Source: a virus
Lineage: Duplodnaviria; Heunggongvirae; Uroviricota; Caudoviricetes
Direction: 5' to 3' (one strand)
Virus record (IMG/VR): IMGVR_UViG_2690316347_000014
Coordinates: 1-4,604 of that record
Length of the DNA stretch: 4,604 nt
This document shows positions 4,578-4,604 of this stretch, in pieces (position 1 is the stretch's first letter; the number at the start of each line of letters is the position of its first letter). The position numbers were made by a program, and so were the translations under genes. The notes under the pieces are model-generated. The model worked only from the letters and a program-made list of their open reading frames with translations. It did not search any database and was not told where the DNA came from.

Positions 4578-4604
4578 GCAGCCATCTGATGATATTTTTC
4601 CCTG
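4531..4604. mobile_element. Right copy of the 74-bp terminal inverted repeat; likely the terminus of an IS3-family element in inverted orientation relative to the left copy (tip at 4531)
   Basis: Exact reverse complement of 1-74; starts TGAGGT at the inner boundary; truncates the Rha-like ORF. Confidence 0.6.

Noticed and set aside
1-4604. Interpreting the 74-bp inverted terminal repeats as the ends of a complete small linear phage/plasmid genome, or as recombination sites of a dedicated invertase system
   Set aside because: The repeat tips resemble IS3-family termini, both junctions cut through genes, there is no invertase/recombinase or terminal-protein gene in the window, and the content is only a fragment of a prophage early region. 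Flanking IS copies or a contig-end artefact fit better.
3796-4604. Presence of DicF sRNA / dicB division-inhibitor genes downstream of ydfA, as in Qin
   Set aside because: No sequence resembling these was seen; the region is occupied by the IS remnant and the Rha fragment. No tRNA or rRNA genes were recognised anywhere in the window.

Overview
This 4.6-kb window reads as the early (immunity/replication) region of a decayed, cryptic lambdoid prophage of the Qin/Rac/CP-933P type from an E. coli/Shigella-like genome, caught between two inverted insertion-sequence copies. All calls rest on reading the sequence and the ORF track by eye plus recalled protein families; no searches were run. Left arm, minus strand: a dicC-like Cro analogue (2726-2953), a ydaT-like gene broken by a frame change, a replication-initiator gene broken by two frame changes, an intact DnaC-like AAA+ helicase loader (698-1444), a 140-aa HTH protein and a small truncated ORF. 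The initiator gene carries three 19-bp palindromes GTAACGC-N5-GCGTTAC about 200 bp apart and a (GAGGAA)5 poly-Glu linker. Right arm, plus strand: a dicA-like repressor (3030-3437), a ydfA-like small protein, then an IS3-family (IS600-like) left end with a truncated orfA fused at about 4097 to an internal fragment of a Rha-family regulator. Divergent promoters between dicC and dicA and the ydfA promoter share CTTAG-N6-CTAA operator-like sites. The most striking feature is a perfect 74-bp inverted repeat at the window ends (1-74 / 4531-4604). It resembles IS3-family termini (TGAGGT...CGGACACT, as in the internal IS end at 3808) and cuts the genes at both junctions. The segment is therefore most likely flanked by two inverted copies of an IS that continue beyond the window, not a self-contained novel system. 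The frame breaks could instead be homopolymer sequencing errors.
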